Program-made: the position numbers and the translations under genes | The notes under the pieces: generated by a model | Databases searched by the model: none | Seen by the model: only the letters and a program-made list of their open reading frames with translations | What the model was told of the DNA's origin: nothing | Shown here: in pieces, positions 50,226 through 60,679 of the stretch | How positions within the stretch are numbered: position 1 is the first letter of the stretch | How the letters are laid out: every line of letters begins with the position of its first letter | Assembly: GCA_044238415.1 (NCBI GenBank) | Contig: JBIIDJ010000002.1 | Span: 5,669 to 69,668, forward strand | Origin: Novosphingobium sp. | GTDB lineage: Bacteria > Pseudomonadota > Alphaproteobacteria > Sphingomonadales > Sphingomonadaceae | Length of the DNA stretch: 64,000 nt | Direction of reading: 5' to 3'

Positions 50226-52055
50226 ATGTCCGCCCCGCTGCCGCTGCGCAATATCGCCATTATCGCCCACGTTGACCACGGCAAGACCACGCTGGTTGAC
50301 CAGTTGTTCCGCCAGTCCGGCACCTTCCGCGACAACCAGCGCGTGGAAGAGCGCGCGATGGATTCGAACGACCTCGAAAAGGAGCGCGGGATCACCATTC
50401 TGGCCAAGTGCACCTCGGTCGAATGGAACGGCACCCGGATCAACATCGTCGACACCCCCGGCCACGCCGACTTCGGCGGCGAGGTGGAGCGGATCCTCTC
50501 GATGGTTGATGGTGTGATCCTGCTGGTCGACAGCTCCGAAGGGGCCATGCCGCAGACCAAGTTCGTCACTGGCAAGGCGCTGGCACTGGGACTCAAGCCG
50601 ATCGTAGTCGTCAACAAGATCGACCGCCCCGATGGCCGCCCGCAGGAAGTACTGGACGAAGTGTTCGACCTGTTTGTCAGCCTCGACGCGAGCGACGAGC
50701 AGTGCGATTTCCCGGTGCTCTATGCCTCGGGCCGCAACGGCTATGCCAGCGAGGACCAGGACGCCCGCGAAGGCGATCTGACCCCGCTGTTCGAAAAGAT
50801 CGTCAGCCATGTCCCCGCCCCGGCAGCCGACGTTGACGGCCCCTTCAAGTTCCTAGTCACCCTGCTCGATCGCGACAACTTCCTGGGCCGCATCCTGACC
50901 GGTAAGGTCCAGTCGGGCACGGTCAAGGTCAACTCCCCGATCCACGCGCTTGATGCCGATGGCAACGTGATCGAAACCGGGCGCGCCTCCAAGCTGATGG
51001 CCTTCCGCGGCCTCGAGCGCGTTCCCGTGGAAGAAGCCCGCGCCGGCGACATCATCTCGCTGGCCGGCCTGACCGAAGCGACCGTGGCCAACACCATTGC
51101 CGATCCGGCGGTGACCGAGCCGCTCCACGCCCAGCCGATCGACCCGCCGACGCTCTCGATGCGCTTTGCCGTGAACGACAGCCCGATGGCCGGCCGCGAA
51201 GGCAGCAAGGTAACCAGCCGCATGATCCGCGACCGCCTGTTCCGCGAAGCGGAATCGAACGTCGCGATCCGCGTCACCGAGTCTGCCGACAAGGACAGCT
51301 TCGAAGTCGCCGGGCGAGGCGAACTGCAGCTTGGCGTGCTGATCGAAACCATGCGCCGCGAAGGCTTCGAGCTCGGCATCAGCCGCCCGCGCGTGCTGTT
51401 CCGTGAGGAAGATGGTCAGCGCACCGAACCTTACGAAACCGTCGTGATCGACGTGGACGATGAATACTCGGGCACGGTCATCGACAAGATGGCGCTCCGC
51501 AAGGCGGAAATGACCGACATGCGCCCCTCGGGCGGCGGCAAGACCCGCATCACCTTCTCGGCTCCCTCGCGCGGCCTGATCGGCTATCACGGCGAATTCT
51601 TGTCCGACACGCGCGGCACCGGGATCATGAACCGCCTGTTCGAGAAGTACGGCCCCTACAAGGGCGCGATTGAAGGCCGCCCCAACGGCGTGCTGATCTC
51701 GAACTGCGCCGGCGAAGCGGTCGGCTATGCGCTTAACAGCCTGGAAGATCGCGGCGTCCTGTTCGTGCGCCCGCAGGACAAGATTTACGAAGGCATGATC
51801 ATCGGCGAAAACGCCAAGCCGGAAGACCTTGAAGTCAATCCGATGAAGTCGAAGCAGCTGACCAACTTCCGCTCGACCGGCAAGGATGACGCCATCCGCC
51901 TCACCCCGCCGCGGATCATGACGCTGGAACAGGCCATCGCCTACATCGACGATGATGAAATGGTCGAAGTGACCCCGCAGTCGGTGCGCCTGCGCAAGGC
52001 GATTCTCGATCCGCACGAGCGCAAGAAGGCGTCCAGAAAGAAGGAAGCGGCATAA
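50226..52055 (+). CDS. typA: Translational GTPase TypA/BipA
   Basis: [38 protein letters not shown]. 609 aa. Confidence 0.95.
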   Translation: MSAPLPLRNIAIIAHVDHGKTTLVDQLFRQSGTFRDNQRVEERAMDSNDLEKERGITILAKCTSVEWNGTRINIVDTPGHADFGGEVERILSMVDGVILLVDSSEGAMPQTKFVTGKALALGLKPIVVVNKIDRPDGRPQEVLDEVFDLFVSLDASDEQCDFPVLYASGRNGYASEDQDAREGDLTPLFEKIVSHVPAPAADVDGPFKFLVTLLDRDNFLGRILTGKVQSGTVKVNSPIHALDADGNVIETGRASKLMAFRGLERVPVEEARAGDIISLAGLTEATVANTIADPAVTEPLHAQPIDPPTLSMRFAVNDSPMAGREGSKVTSRMIRDRLFREAESNVAIRVTESADKDSFEVAGRGELQLGVLIETMRREGFELGISRPRVLFREEDGQRTEPYETVVIDVDDEYSGTVIDKMALRKAEMTDMRPSGGGKTRITFSAPSRGLIGYHGEFLSDTRGTGIMNRLFEKYGPYKGAIEGRPNGVLISNCAGEAVGYALNSLEDRGVLFVRPQDKIYEGMIIGENAKPEDLEVNPMKSKQLTNFRSTGKDDAIRLTPPRIMTLEQAIAYIDDDEMVEVTPQSVRLRKAILDPHERKKASRKKEAA

Positions 52056-52060
52056 CTATC

Positions 52061-53884
52061 ATGGCACAATCAGGCTCGCTGCCTGGTGCAGCGTCAGCCG
52101 CGCCATTTGCCGCCCTTCCCCCTGCTCTCGCCGCTGCGCTTACCGCGCGCGGCTATGCCGATCTGACCGCCGTCCAAGCCGCAGTGATCGAACCCGAGGC
52201 CGCCGGGCGCGATCTGGTGGTGTCGGCTCGCACGGGCTCGGGCAAGACGGTCGCCTTCGGCCTGGCCATGGGTGCGGAACTGCTGGCAGACGGGCAAGCC
52301 CTGCCACCGGCCGGCGCACCACTGGCTCTGGTCATTGCCCCGACCCGCGAACTGGCTTTGCAAGTGAGCCGCGAACTGACCTGGCTGTTTGCCGGGACCG
52401 GCGCGAGCGTGGCCACCTGCGTTGGCGGGATGGACCCTTCGCGCGAACGCCGCGCGCTCTATCAGGGCGTGCACTTCGTGGTTGGCACCCCGGGGCGCCT
52501 GCGCGATCATCTGGAGCGCGGTGCGCTTGACCTTTCGGCGCTGCGCTTTGCCGTGCTCGACGAAGCGGACGAGATGCTCGACATGGGCTTCCGCGAGGAC
52601 CTTGAGGAACTGCTCGACGCGACGCCCGCCAATCGCCGCACCCTGCTGTTTTCGGCCACCCTGCCTAAGCCGATCGTGGCGCTGGCCAAGCGTTACCAGC
52701 ATGACGCGCTGCGCATCTCGACCGTGGGCGACGAACAGGGCCACGGCGACATCGCCTATCAGGCCGTCACCGTCTCGCCTTCCGACATCGAGAACGCCGT
52801 GGTCAACCTGCTGCGTTTTCATGAGGCGGAAACGGCGATGCTGTTCTGCGCCACGCGCGACAATGTCCGCCACCTTCATGCCACGCTGGTCGAGCGCGGC
52901 TTTGCCGCCGTCGCCCTCTCGGGCGAGCATAGCCAGAATGAGCGCAACCAGGCTTTGCAGGCGCTGCGTGACAAGCGCGCCCGGGTCTGCGTCGCCACCG
53001 ACGTCGCCGCGCGCGGGATCGACATTGCTTCCTTGAGCCTGGTGATCCACGTCGAGATCCCGCGCGATGCCGAAGCGCTTCAGCACCGCTCGGGCCGCAC
53101 GGGGCGCGCGGGCAAGAAGGGCACCGCCGTTCTGATCGTCCCCTTCCCGCGCCGCCGCCGGGTCGAGATGATGCTGCGCGGCGCGCGGATCGATGCCGAA
53201 TGGATGGACGTCCCCAGCCCCGAGGCGATCCGCGCCCAGGATCACGAACGCCTGATCGCCGTGCTGACCCAGCCGATCGAGCCGAGCGAGGCCGAAAGTG
53301 AGCTGGCCGGCCGCCTGCTTGCGACGATGGGCCCGGAGGACCTGGCGCTTGCCCTGGTCCGCGCCCATGCCAGCCGCCTGCCCGAACCCGAAGAGCTGAT
53401 CGACCTGTCGACCCGCACCAAGCCTTCGGGCGAAGCACGCCCGGTCCACCACCGCGAAGGGTTTGATGACACGGTGTGGTTCCGCATGGACATTGGCCGC
53501 CGCCACCGCGCGGACCCGCGCTGGCTGCTGCCGCTGCTGTGCCGCCGTGGTCACGTGACCCGGGGCGAGATCGGCGCGATCCGCATTGCTGCCAACGAAA
53601 CCTATTTCCAGATCCCCCGCGCAGTCGAAGCCAAGTTCCGCGCCGCCGTGGCCCGCACGGCCAAGCCGGGGAGCGAGGACGAAAGCGGGATCACGATCGA
53701 GCTTTCCCCCGAAACCCCGCGCGACGCGGCCCGCGAGAACCGCCCGCGCGGCCCTTACAAGGGCAATCGCGGCAACGACCGTGGCGATGATCGTGGCAAC
53801 GAACGCGGCCCGCGTCCCGGTGGCGGCCGCCCGCCGTTCAAGGGCAAGCCCAAACCCCACCGCAAGGGGCCACGGCAGTCATAA
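52061..53884 (+). CDS. DEAD-box ATP-dependent RNA helicase with DbpA-like RNA-binding domain and RG-rich tail
   Basis: ARTGSGKT (motif I), PTRELA, VLDEADEMLD (DEAD), SAT, HRSGRTGRAG (motif VI). The C-terminal tail RGNDRGDDRGNERGPRPGGGRPPFKGKPK is low complexity. Confidence 0.9.
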   Translation: MAQSGSLPGAASAAPFAALPPALAAALTARGYADLTAVQAAVIEPEAAGRDLVVSARTGSGKTVAFGLAMGAELLADGQALPPAGAPLALVIAPTRELALQVSRELTWLFAGTGASVATCVGGMDPSRERRALYQGVHFVVGTPGRLRDHLERGALDLSALRFAVLDEADEMLDMGFREDLEELLDATPANRRTLLFSATLPKPIVALAKRYQHDALRISTVGDEQGHGDIAYQAVTVSPSDIENAVVNLLRFHEAETAMLFCATRDNVRHLHATLVERGFAAVALSGEHSQNERNQALQALRDKRARVCVATDVAARGIDIASLSLVIHVEIPRDAEALQHRSGRTGRAGKKGTAVLIVPFPRRRRVEMMLRGARIDAEWMDVPSPEAIRAQDHERLIAVLTQPIEPSEAESELAGRLLATMGPEDLALALVRAHASRLPEPEELIDLSTRTKPSGEARPVHHREGFDDTVWFRMDIGRRHRADPRWLLPLLCRRGHVTRGEIGAIRIAANETYFQIPRAVEAKFRAAVARTAKPGSEDESGITIELSPETPRDAARENRPRGPYKGNRGNDRGDDRGNERGPRPGGGRPPFKGKPKPHRKGPRQS

Positions 53885-53990
53885 TTGCGCTTCAGCGCGA
53901 TGCACAAACACGTGCTTCCCTCGCTAAAAGCCCAATTGCAGACGCGTTGAAAACGTCTGGCGGAACTTAGGCCGCAAACCTGGCGGCCAT

Positions 53991-54416
53991 CTAAGAAACG
54001 TTGGCCTGGGTGCCAGTCGCTGTGCCGAGCGGCCGCGACCACAGCATCATCAGCAGCGCTGTCAGGATGAACAGGGCAAAGCCGGACAGCAGCCACGGAT
54101 GGATGAACCACTGGTTGCCCCATTCAAACGTGCCCCGGTGCATGCGCAGGATATGGTTGAAATTCTGGTTGGCGGCCACGACCAGCCCCAGCGCTCCGAC
54201 TGCGCTGCCGATCATCCGCAAGATCCAGTGGTGATAGAATGGCAGCAACAGGATCACCCCGATCACACCGATGGCGCTGCGCTGCACCCGGCAATAGGGG
54301 CATTGATAGACCCATCCCGCCAGATCAACGCCCCAGGTTGCAAGAGCGACGATGATCGCAAGGATCGCCAGCAGCCTGCGGTTCGTCTCCAGAAAGTCGG
54401 CGGCGAATGGCGACAT
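53991..54416 (-). CDS. DsbB-like membrane protein with a single CxxC
   Basis: Inner ATG (MSPFAADFLETNRRLL...) preceded by GGGGG. There are 4 predicted TM segments. The motif CPYCRVQR matches the DsbB/BdbC PCxxCxxQR signature at the end of TM1. No further Cys residues occur in the 141-aa product. Confidence 0.5.
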   Translation of the reverse strand: MSPFAADFLETNRRLLAILAIIVALATWGVDLAGWVYQCPYCRVQRSAIGVIGVILLLPFYHHWILRMIGSAVGALGLVVAANQNFNHILRMHRGTFEWGNQWFIHPWLLSGFALFILTALLMMLWSRPLGTATGTQANVS

Positions 54417-54579
54417 GGACAACCCCCAATGTGACATTGTTACGCGGACAGTAGGCCTCTTGCCCGCCTTGGGCAATGTCCCATTATCGTTGTGGCACAC
54501 TGACACAGTAAGGTAGCGGCCATTGAACCGTTTTCGTTTTCCCGCACACTATGCTGTCATCGCATGACTGGGATCTACC

Positions 54580-54969
54580 ATGATCGCGGTGCTGGCGAAG
54601 GACGAGACGGAAATGGTCGCAAACAATACAGTTCGCCTGATCGCATGGCTGATCGTCGGCTCGCACGCGATTGGCGTTGCGGCCAACGGTATCAGCCTGG
54701 CCCTGGGCGATCCGCGCTATGCGCCCGGCCTGTGGCTGACTTTTCTGTTGCTGAAGCTGGCCGGCGTGATCGCGGGTGTGCTGCTGCTGCGCGGGCGGCG
54801 GGCGGGGGCCTGGCTGTTTGCCGCTTCGCTGATCGCCGGGGCGGGCGTGGCGCTGGCCTTTACCGGGCCTTATCCGGTTTATCTGTGGGTGGCGGCGGGG
54901 CTGATGCTGGCCGCCGTGGTCGGCGGCTTTGCCTTCGTCATGCGGCGCAACTGGTCCAGCCTGCGCTGA
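54580..54969 (+). CDS. Hypothetical small membrane protein (129 aa, about 4 TM)
   Basis: Hydrophobic throughout, with no recognised family. Divergent from the DsbB-like gene. Confidence 0.45.
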   Translation: MIAVLAKDETEMVANNTVRLIAWLIVGSHAIGVAANGISLALGDPRYAPGLWLTFLLLKLAGVIAGVLLLRGRRAGAWLFAASLIAGAGVALAFTGPYPVYLWVAAGLMLAAVVGGFAFVMRRNWSSLR

Positions 54970-55115
54970 TCGAACGGCGGCGGCGTGGGTCGCCAGCCTT
55001 TTTCCTACACGGCGGCTTTGTGGCATAATCCGCCCGTCATGACACCCCGCACCGCCCGCCCTGAACCGCCATTTTCGCGCCGGGCCGGAGCGGCGGTTTT
55101 TCTTGTCTCTGGACA

Positions 55116-55153
55116 GTGGTCCATGTGGTCCACGGCGCGGTCCACGGCGTCCA
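55116..55153 (+). repeat. Array of four GTCCA direct repeats (spacing 9/12/9 nt), including GGTCCACGGCG x2
   Basis: The sequence is gtGGTCCAtgtGGTCCACGGCGcGGTCCACGGCGTCCA, lying 72-109 nt upstream of the ggt ATG. This may be a repeated regulator-binding motif. Confidence 0.4.
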
Positions 55154-55224
55154 ATATGCCGTGTTGCAGGCACTGGCAGAGCGGCCTAGTCAACTGGACA
55201 AACGCCAGTTCCGGAGAGTCCACC

Positions 55225-57018
55225 ATGACCCGCGCCATCGCCCTTGCTGCCGCTCTTGCGGTCACGCTCACCGCGCCCGCCGCGGCGCAGGAAGCCAAGC
55301 CCCGCCCGATTGCGGAGCAGATTGGCGCCGGTGGCCGCCCGGCCGGGGCGGCCTGGTCGCGCAGTCCGGTCTATGCACAGAACGGCATGGCGGCGACGGC
55401 CCATCCGCTGGCAACGCAGATCGCGCTCGACGTGCTCAAGGCGGGCGGCAATGCGGTGGATGCCGCGATTGCCGCCAATGCCGCGCTGGGGCTGATGGAG
55501 CCGACCGGCAATGGGATCGGCGGGGATCTGTTCGCGATCATCCATGATCCGAAGACCGGCAAGCTGTACGGCCTCAACGGCTCTGGCCGCAGCCCCAAGG
55601 GGCAGACGCTGAAGCAACTCAAGGCCAAGCTGGGCGATGCCAAGAGCCTGCCGCCGCTGGGGCATCTTTCCGTCACTATTCCGGGAACGGTCGATGCCTG
55701 GTTCACCATGCACCAGCGCTTCGGCAAGCTGCCGATGCAGGACGTGCTGGCCCCGACGATCCGCTATGCCCGCGAGGGCCACCCCGTCGCCCCGGTGATC
55801 GCTGAGTATTACCGCCGCGCCTTCCGCAATTTCGAGCGCAATGCCGACAAGTTCGATTTCACCAATGCTCGCAAGACATGGTTTGTGGGTGGCGCGCCCA
55901 AGACGGGCGAGGTGTTCCGCAACCCGGACCTGGCCAATACGCTGGAACGGATTGGCCAGAACGGCCGCGATGAATTCTACCGCGGACAGAGCGCGAAAGT
56001 GATGGTCGATTACCTGAAGCGGCAGGGTTCGGCCTACAGCCTCGAGGACTTTGCCGCCCACCGCAGCGACTGGTTTGAGCCGGTCTGCGTGGCCTATCGC
56101 AAGGGCTATAAGCTGTGCGAACTGCCGCCCAACACGCAAGGCTTCGCCGCACTGCAGATGGTCAACATCCTCAAGAACGTCGATCTGGCGCAGTGGGAAC
56201 GCGGCAGTCCGCAAGTGCTGCATTACATCACCGAGGCCAAGCGGCTGGCCCATGCCGACGTGGCGAAATTCTATGCCGATCCGGACTTCGCGCCCTTCCC
56301 CATGGACCTGCTGTCGGACGACTACGGCAAACAGCGCTTTGCCCTGATCGATCCGGACACGGCCACGCCCGAATTCGCGCCGGGCGAACCCAAGCCCGAA
56401 CCCAAGCTGGAAGGGCCGGGCGATACGACCTACCTGACCGTGGCCGACAAGGACGGGCTAATGGTCAGCCTGATCCAGTCCAACTATCGCGGGATGGGCA
56501 GCGGGCTGGTGCCCGATGGCCTTGGCTTCATGTTGCAGGACCGGGGCGAGCTTTACTCCCTCGATCCGAAGCACGCCAACGCCTATGCCCCGGCCAAGCG
56601 CCCGTTCCAGACGATCATTCCGGCCTTCGTGAAGAAGGATGGCCAGCCCTACATGACGCTGGGGCTGATGGGCGGCGGGATGCAGCCGCAGGGCCATGTG
56701 CAGGTGCTGATCAACCTGGTCGACTATGGCATGAACCTGCAGGAAGCGGGCGATGCGGCGCGGCTGAACCACGAAGGCGGGCGCGAGCCAACCGAGCCGA
56801 CCACCGGGCCGAGCATCGATCCGCTTGGCACGCTTTACGTTGAACCCGGCATCCCCGTCGCTACGGTCGCGGCGCTCAAGGCGATGGGCCACAAGGTCGA
56901 GGTGGTGAAAGATGGCGCCATGTTCGGCGGCTACCAGGCGATCGCCCGCGATCCCAAGACCGGCGTGCTGATCGGCGCCACCGAAATGCGCAAGGACGGG
57001 CAGGCGCAGGGGTATTGA
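55225..57018 (+). CDS. ggt: Gamma-glutamyltransferase
   Basis: Inner ATG of track ORF 54985..57018, with signal peptide MTRAIALAAALAVTLTAPAAAQ. GMAATAHPLATQIALDVLKAGGNAVDAAIA, autoprocessing-site context GDTTYLTVADKDG, and GLMGGGMQPQGH. Confidence 0.92.
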   Translation: MTRAIALAAALAVTLTAPAAAQEAKPRPIAEQIGAGGRPAGAAWSRSPVYAQNGMAATAHPLATQIALDVLKAGGNAVDAAIAANAALGLMEPTGNGIGGDLFAIIHDPKTGKLYGLNGSGRSPKGQTLKQLKAKLGDAKSLPPLGHLSVTIPGTVDAWFTMHQRFGKLPMQDVLAPTIRYAREGHPVAPVIAEYYRRAFRNFERNADKFDFTNARKTWFVGGAPKTGEVFRNPDLANTLERIGQNGRDEFYRGQSAKVMVDYLKRQGSAYSLEDFAAHRSDWFEPVCVAYRKGYKLCELPPNTQGFAALQMVNILKNVDLAQWERGSPQVLHYITEAKRLAHADVAKFYADPDFAPFPMDLLSDDYGKQRFALIDPDTATPEFAPGEPKPEPKLEGPGDTTYLTVADKDGLMVSLIQSNYRGMGSGLVPDGLGFMLQDRGELYSLDPKHANAYAPAKRPFQTIIPAFVKKDGQPYMTLGLMGGGMQPQGHVQVLINLVDYGMNLQEAGDAARLNHEGGREPTEPTTGPSIDPLGTLYVEPGIPVATVAALKAMGHKVEVVKDGAMFGGYQAIARDPKTGVLIGATEMRKDGQAQGY

Positions 57019-57024
57019 GCAGCA

Positions 57025-57492
57025 CTAAACAACCGCGATCTGGACAGCCTCGGCATTTATCGCAAGACCATCGGGGGTGACCAGCGCGACTGTCAGCGGC
57101 GCGCCGCTGGCCTTGTCGGTAATCGCCAGCGGCGAAGGCTGGTCCTGTAAGTGACGATCGCCCCATTGCATCAACGCGATCAGCACGAGACCGAGCTCAT
57201 GTCCCCGCGCTGAGAGGTGATATTCGTGCCGGGTCCGGGCCGCGCCTTCGCGGTAAGGGCGGCGTTCCAGAATGCCCTGCTCGACCAGCCGCGCCAACCG
57301 CGCGCTAAGGATCCCGCGCGGGATGCCGAGATCGGCCCGCAGATCGTCAAACCGGGCGACACCGTAGAACGCCTCGCGGATGATCAGCATGGTCCAGCGA
57401 TCGCCCAACAAGTTGCAGGCGAGCGCCATGCCACATCGGTCGCGCGGGATCGGGGCGGCGCGGACGGGCTCTGTGCGGTCTGGGTTTGACAT
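57025..57492 (-). CDS. HxlR-family winged-helix transcriptional regulator
   Basis: Inner ATG (MSNPDRTEP...). CGMALACNLLGDRWTMLIIREAFYGVARFDDLRADLGIPRGILSARLARLVEQGILERRPY is a typical HxlR core. Confidence 0.85.
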   Translation of the reverse strand: MSNPDRTEPVRAAPIPRDRCGMALACNLLGDRWTMLIIREAFYGVARFDDLRADLGIPRGILSARLARLVEQGILERRPYREGAARTRHEYHLSARGHELGLVLIALMQWGDRHLQDQPSPLAITDKASGAPLTVALVTPDGLAINAEAVQIAVV

Positions 57493-57544
57493 GTGAACCC
57501 AGATAGAGCATCTCAATCTGAGTTCAAAATATGGATTCAGACTG

Positions 57545-58312
57545 ATGGCCGATCGCATCCTTCCAGCCTTGCCCGATCCCGATCGCTTTGGCGGCCCCGG
57601 ATGGGTCCGGAGCAGCGGCGGGGTCATGACTCCCCGCGAATGCCACCACGGGCTGCGCATTGCTGCGGGGCAGCAGCTTCGCAATCTGTGGCAACGTCTG
57701 GTGCCGGCGCTGTGCCGCCCGGCCCGGCTCGATCTGCTACCAGTGCCCGACAGCCGCCTAGTTCGGCTGGCCGAGGAGGCCGCCCTGGAGCAGAGCCCCG
57801 AACTGCTCGCTCACGGCTATCGCTCGGCGCTGTTCGGGCGGGCGCTGGCTCAGCTTGACGGCGTGGCTGCCGACCCCGAACTGCTCCATATCTGCGGGCT
57901 GCTGCACGATGTCGGGATCATGCAAGCGGTTACAGGCGAGGACTTTACCCTGCGCAGTGCCGCCATAGCCCGAAGCTGCGCGGCAGCAGCGGGAGAGCCG
58001 GAAATCGTCGGCCACCACCTCGCCGATGCGCTGATCGTTCATACCACCGTCGGGGTACAGGCCGACCGCGACGGTGCGCTGGGGGCCTATACCCAGTACG
58101 GGGCGATGGTCGACCTGACCGGGCTGCGGCTGGCGCACTTGCCCCGCACCTTTATCGCCGAGGTCCTTGCCAGCCATCCGCGCGGGGCCTTTAAGCGCGA
58201 GATCCTGCGGCGGCTTGAGCAGGAAGCCACGGCTGTTCCCGGCGGCCGCTTTGCCTTCGCGCGCCGGGTCGGGTTTGATCTCGCGGTGCGGCACGCGCCT
58301 TACCCGAGCTAG
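57545..58312 (+). CDS. HD-domain phosphohydrolase-like protein
   Basis: HGYRSALFG...LLHICGLLHDVGI (H...HD motif). Divergent from the HxlR gene. The start is uncertain; an inner Met at MTPRE is possible. Confidence 0.65.
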   Translation: MADRILPALPDPDRFGGPGWVRSSGGVMTPRECHHGLRIAAGQQLRNLWQRLVPALCRPARLDLLPVPDSRLVRLAEEAALEQSPELLAHGYRSALFGRALAQLDGVAADPELLHICGLLHDVGIMQAVTGEDFTLRSAAIARSCAAAAGEPEIVGHHLADALIVHTTVGVQADRDGALGAYTQYGAMVDLTGLRLAHLPRTFIAEVLASHPRGAFKREILRRLEQEATAVPGGRFAFARRVGFDLAVRHAPYPS

Positions 58313-58412
58313 AGCCGCCTGCACCGAATCTGCACAGCAAGCCCATCGCCGCACCAGCACGGTCTGCGCGGTAGCGCGCTATAGCCTCTCCTGCATTCAG
58401 GGGAGATTTCGC

Positions 58413-59948
58413 ATGTCGCTCGTTCATCGCCACGGCTTCTGGTTCAAACTGGCGCTCGCCGTCGGCCTGATCGTGCTGGCTGACCAGACCTTCTTCGAGC
58501 GCGGCCTCAGCTTTGGCTGGCTGGGCGTGTTCGCCGCCGCGCTGGTGGTGGGTGCGGCGCTGGGTCAGCCGGCCTTGCGGCGCGATCGCCGGTCCCTGAT
58601 CGCGGCCGGGTTTGCCCTGCTGATGGCCGCAGCCATGATCTGGGACGCAAGCCCACTGCCCTTCGCGCTGTTCTGGATTGCGCTGGGCCTGGCCATCCTG
58701 CTGCCTGCGACCGTCCGCTTCGACGATAGCTGGCGCTGGGCGCAACGCTTGCTCGCCCATGGCTTCAAGGCGCTGTTCGGGCCCCTGATCGACCTGTTCA
58801 AGCTGGCCCGGACTGGCCGCCGCAAGCCGCAAGCGGTGCACGGCCTGCGCCGCGCCTTGCCCGCGCTGGTTCTGCCGCTGCTGGGTTCGGCGGTGATTGT
58901 GGCGCTGTTCGCAACGGCCAATCCGGTGATTGAGCAGTTCCTCACCAGCCTGTCGCTGCCGATGCTGGATGACCGGGCCTTCGAGCGGCTGGTCGTCTGG
59001 GGCTTTGTTTCGGTCGTGGTCTGGGGCGTGCTGCGCCCGCGTCGCAGTCGGCCGTTTTTTGGCACCTTCGACGGCTCGGGCGAACTCGCCTTGCCGGGGG
59101 TCTCGTCCACATCGGTGCTCATCTCACTGATCCTCTTCAACCTGCTGTTCGCGGCGCAGATCGCGATGGACCTGGCCTGGCTGTGGGGGCTGATGCCTCT
59201 GCCCGAGGGGATGACGCTGGCGGACTATGCGCACCGCGGGGCCTATCCGCTGATCGTTACCGCCCTGCTGGCCGCGCTGTTCGTGCTGATCACGCTGCGC
59301 CCGGGTTCGCAGACCGCAACCAATCCACTGATCCGCCGCCTCGTGGTGCTGTGGATCGCGCAGAACGTGGTGCTGGTCGCCTCGTCGATGCTGCGGCTCT
59401 ATGATTACATCGACGCCTATTCGCTGACCCGCCTGCGCATTGCCGCGCTGGCGTGGATGGCACTGGTCGCGGTCGGGCTGGTGCTGATCGGCTGGCGGCT
59501 GCTGCGCGACAAGAGCGCACGCTGGTTGATCAATGCGAACACGGCGGCGGCGGCGCTGCTGCTGGGCAGCTACGCCTTTGTCGATACCGGGGCGATTGCA
59601 GCCCAGTGGAACGTGCGCCACGCCCGCGAGGTAGACGGCACGGGTGCGAGCATCGACCTGTGCTACATGGCCGAGCTGGGTACCCCGGCGCTGTTGCCGC
59701 TGATCGAGCTGGAGAACCGCGCGATCGATCCGCTGCTCCGGATCCGCATCAGCGAACTGCGCGCCCAGATCCAGTACCGCCAGGGGCAGATGCTCGAAAC
59801 AGGGGCCTGGACCCTGCTGGGCGAGCGACGACTGGCGCGGGCTGAAGCGCTCGGCCGGGAGACCTCTAAAGTCTGGCCGGGCTCGCGCTATGACTGCAGC
59901 GGCGCGCCGCAGGATCCAACCGCCAGCTATCCGGACCAGATCGGTTGA
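58413..59948 (+). CDS. Large polytopic membrane protein, DUF4153/DUF4173-like
   Basis: Inner ATG of track ORF 58167..59948, preceded by GGGAGA. About 511 aa with about 12 TM segments and a soluble C-terminal ~90 aa. The family name is from memory of similar alphaproteobacterial proteins and is unverified. Confidence 0.55.
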   Translation: MSLVHRHGFWFKLALAVGLIVLADQTFFERGLSFGWLGVFAAALVVGAALGQPALRRDRRSLIAAGFALLMAAAMIWDASPLPFALFWIALGLAILLPATVRFDDSWRWAQRLLAHGFKALFGPLIDLFKLARTGRRKPQAVHGLRRALPALVLPLLGSAVIVALFATANPVIEQFLTSLSLPMLDDRAFERLVVWGFVSVVVWGVLRPRRSRPFFGTFDGSGELALPGVSSTSVLISLILFNLLFAAQIAMDLAWLWGLMPLPEGMTLADYAHRGAYPLIVTALLAALFVLITLRPGSQTATNPLIRRLVVLWIAQNVVLVASSMLRLYDYIDAYSLTRLRIAALAWMALVAVGLVLIGWRLLRDKSARWLINANTAAAALLLGSYAFVDTGAIAAQWNVRHAREVDGTGASIDLCYMAELGTPALLPLIELENRAIDPLLRIRISELRAQIQYRQGQMLETGAWTLLGERRLARAEALGRETSKVWPGSRYDCSGAPQDPTASYPDQIG

Positions 59949-59980
59949 CGGAACCGATGCAACCGGCGCACACCGCAGCC

Positions 59981-60679
59981 ATGGCCCGCCGCGTCCTGAT
60001 CGTCGACGATGACCCGCATATCCGCGAGGTGCTGACCTTTGCCTTCGCCAAGTCCGGGGTGGAAACGGTCGAGGCGGGCGATGGCGAAGAGGCGCTGATG
60101 CTGATCGGGCGCGATCCGCCGGACCTGGTGGTGCTGGACATCAATATGCCGCGGATGGACGGACTGGAGGTCTGCCGCCGGCTGCGCGCCCAGGGTGACT
60201 TGCCGATCCTGTTCCTCTCCAGCCGCGATGACGAGATCGACCGGGTGCTGGGGATCGAACTGGGCGCCGACGATTATGTGGTAAAGCCCTTCTCCCCGCG
60301 CGAGGTGGTGGCGCGGGCGCAGGCGATCCTGCGACGCTCGGCCAAGGATGCCACCGCCGCCCCGGCCGCCCAGCCGCTGGGCCGCGGTGGCCTCAGCCTC
60401 GATCTCGATGGTTGGGCGGCACGTTGGCAGGGGGCGGAAGTGCCGCTGACGGTTACCGAGTTCACCCTCCTGCGCACCCTGGCCACCGCGCCCACCCGCT
60501 TCTTCAGCCGCGACGAGATCATCGACCGGCTGCACGGCCCCGGCTTTGCCATTACCGACCGGACCATCGACAGCCACGTGCGCAACCTGCGTCGCAAGTT
60601 CGCCGAGGCTGGGTGCGCCAGCCTGATCGAAACCCGCGCCGGGGTTGGTTACCGGCTCGGGCCTTGCACAACGGCATGA
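59981..60679 (+). CDS. OmpR/PhoB-family response regulator
   Basis: MARRVLIVDDDPHIREVL, the DLVVLDINMPRMDG phospho-acceptor Asp region, a KPF motif, and C-terminal wHTH (LTVTEFTLLRTLA...GVGYRL). ATG 59957 is the alternative start. Confidence 0.9.
   Translation: MARRVLIVDDDPHIREVLTFAFAKSGVETVEAGDGEEALMLIGRDPPDLVVLDINMPRMDGLEVCRRLRAQGDLPILFLSSRDDEIDRVLGIELGADDYVVKPFSPREVVARAQAILRRSAKDATAAPAAQPLGRGGLSLDLDGWAARWQGAEVPLTVTEFTLLRTLATAPTRFFSRDEIIDRLHGPGFAITDRTIDSHVRNLRRKFAEAGCASLIETRAGVGYRLGPCTTA

Noticed and set aside
53740-53884. Repeated cgtggc/gatcgtggc units at the 3' end of the helicase gene.
   Set aside because: This is the in-frame RG/RGD-rich low-complexity C-terminal tail common in DEAD-box helicases, not an independent repeat element.
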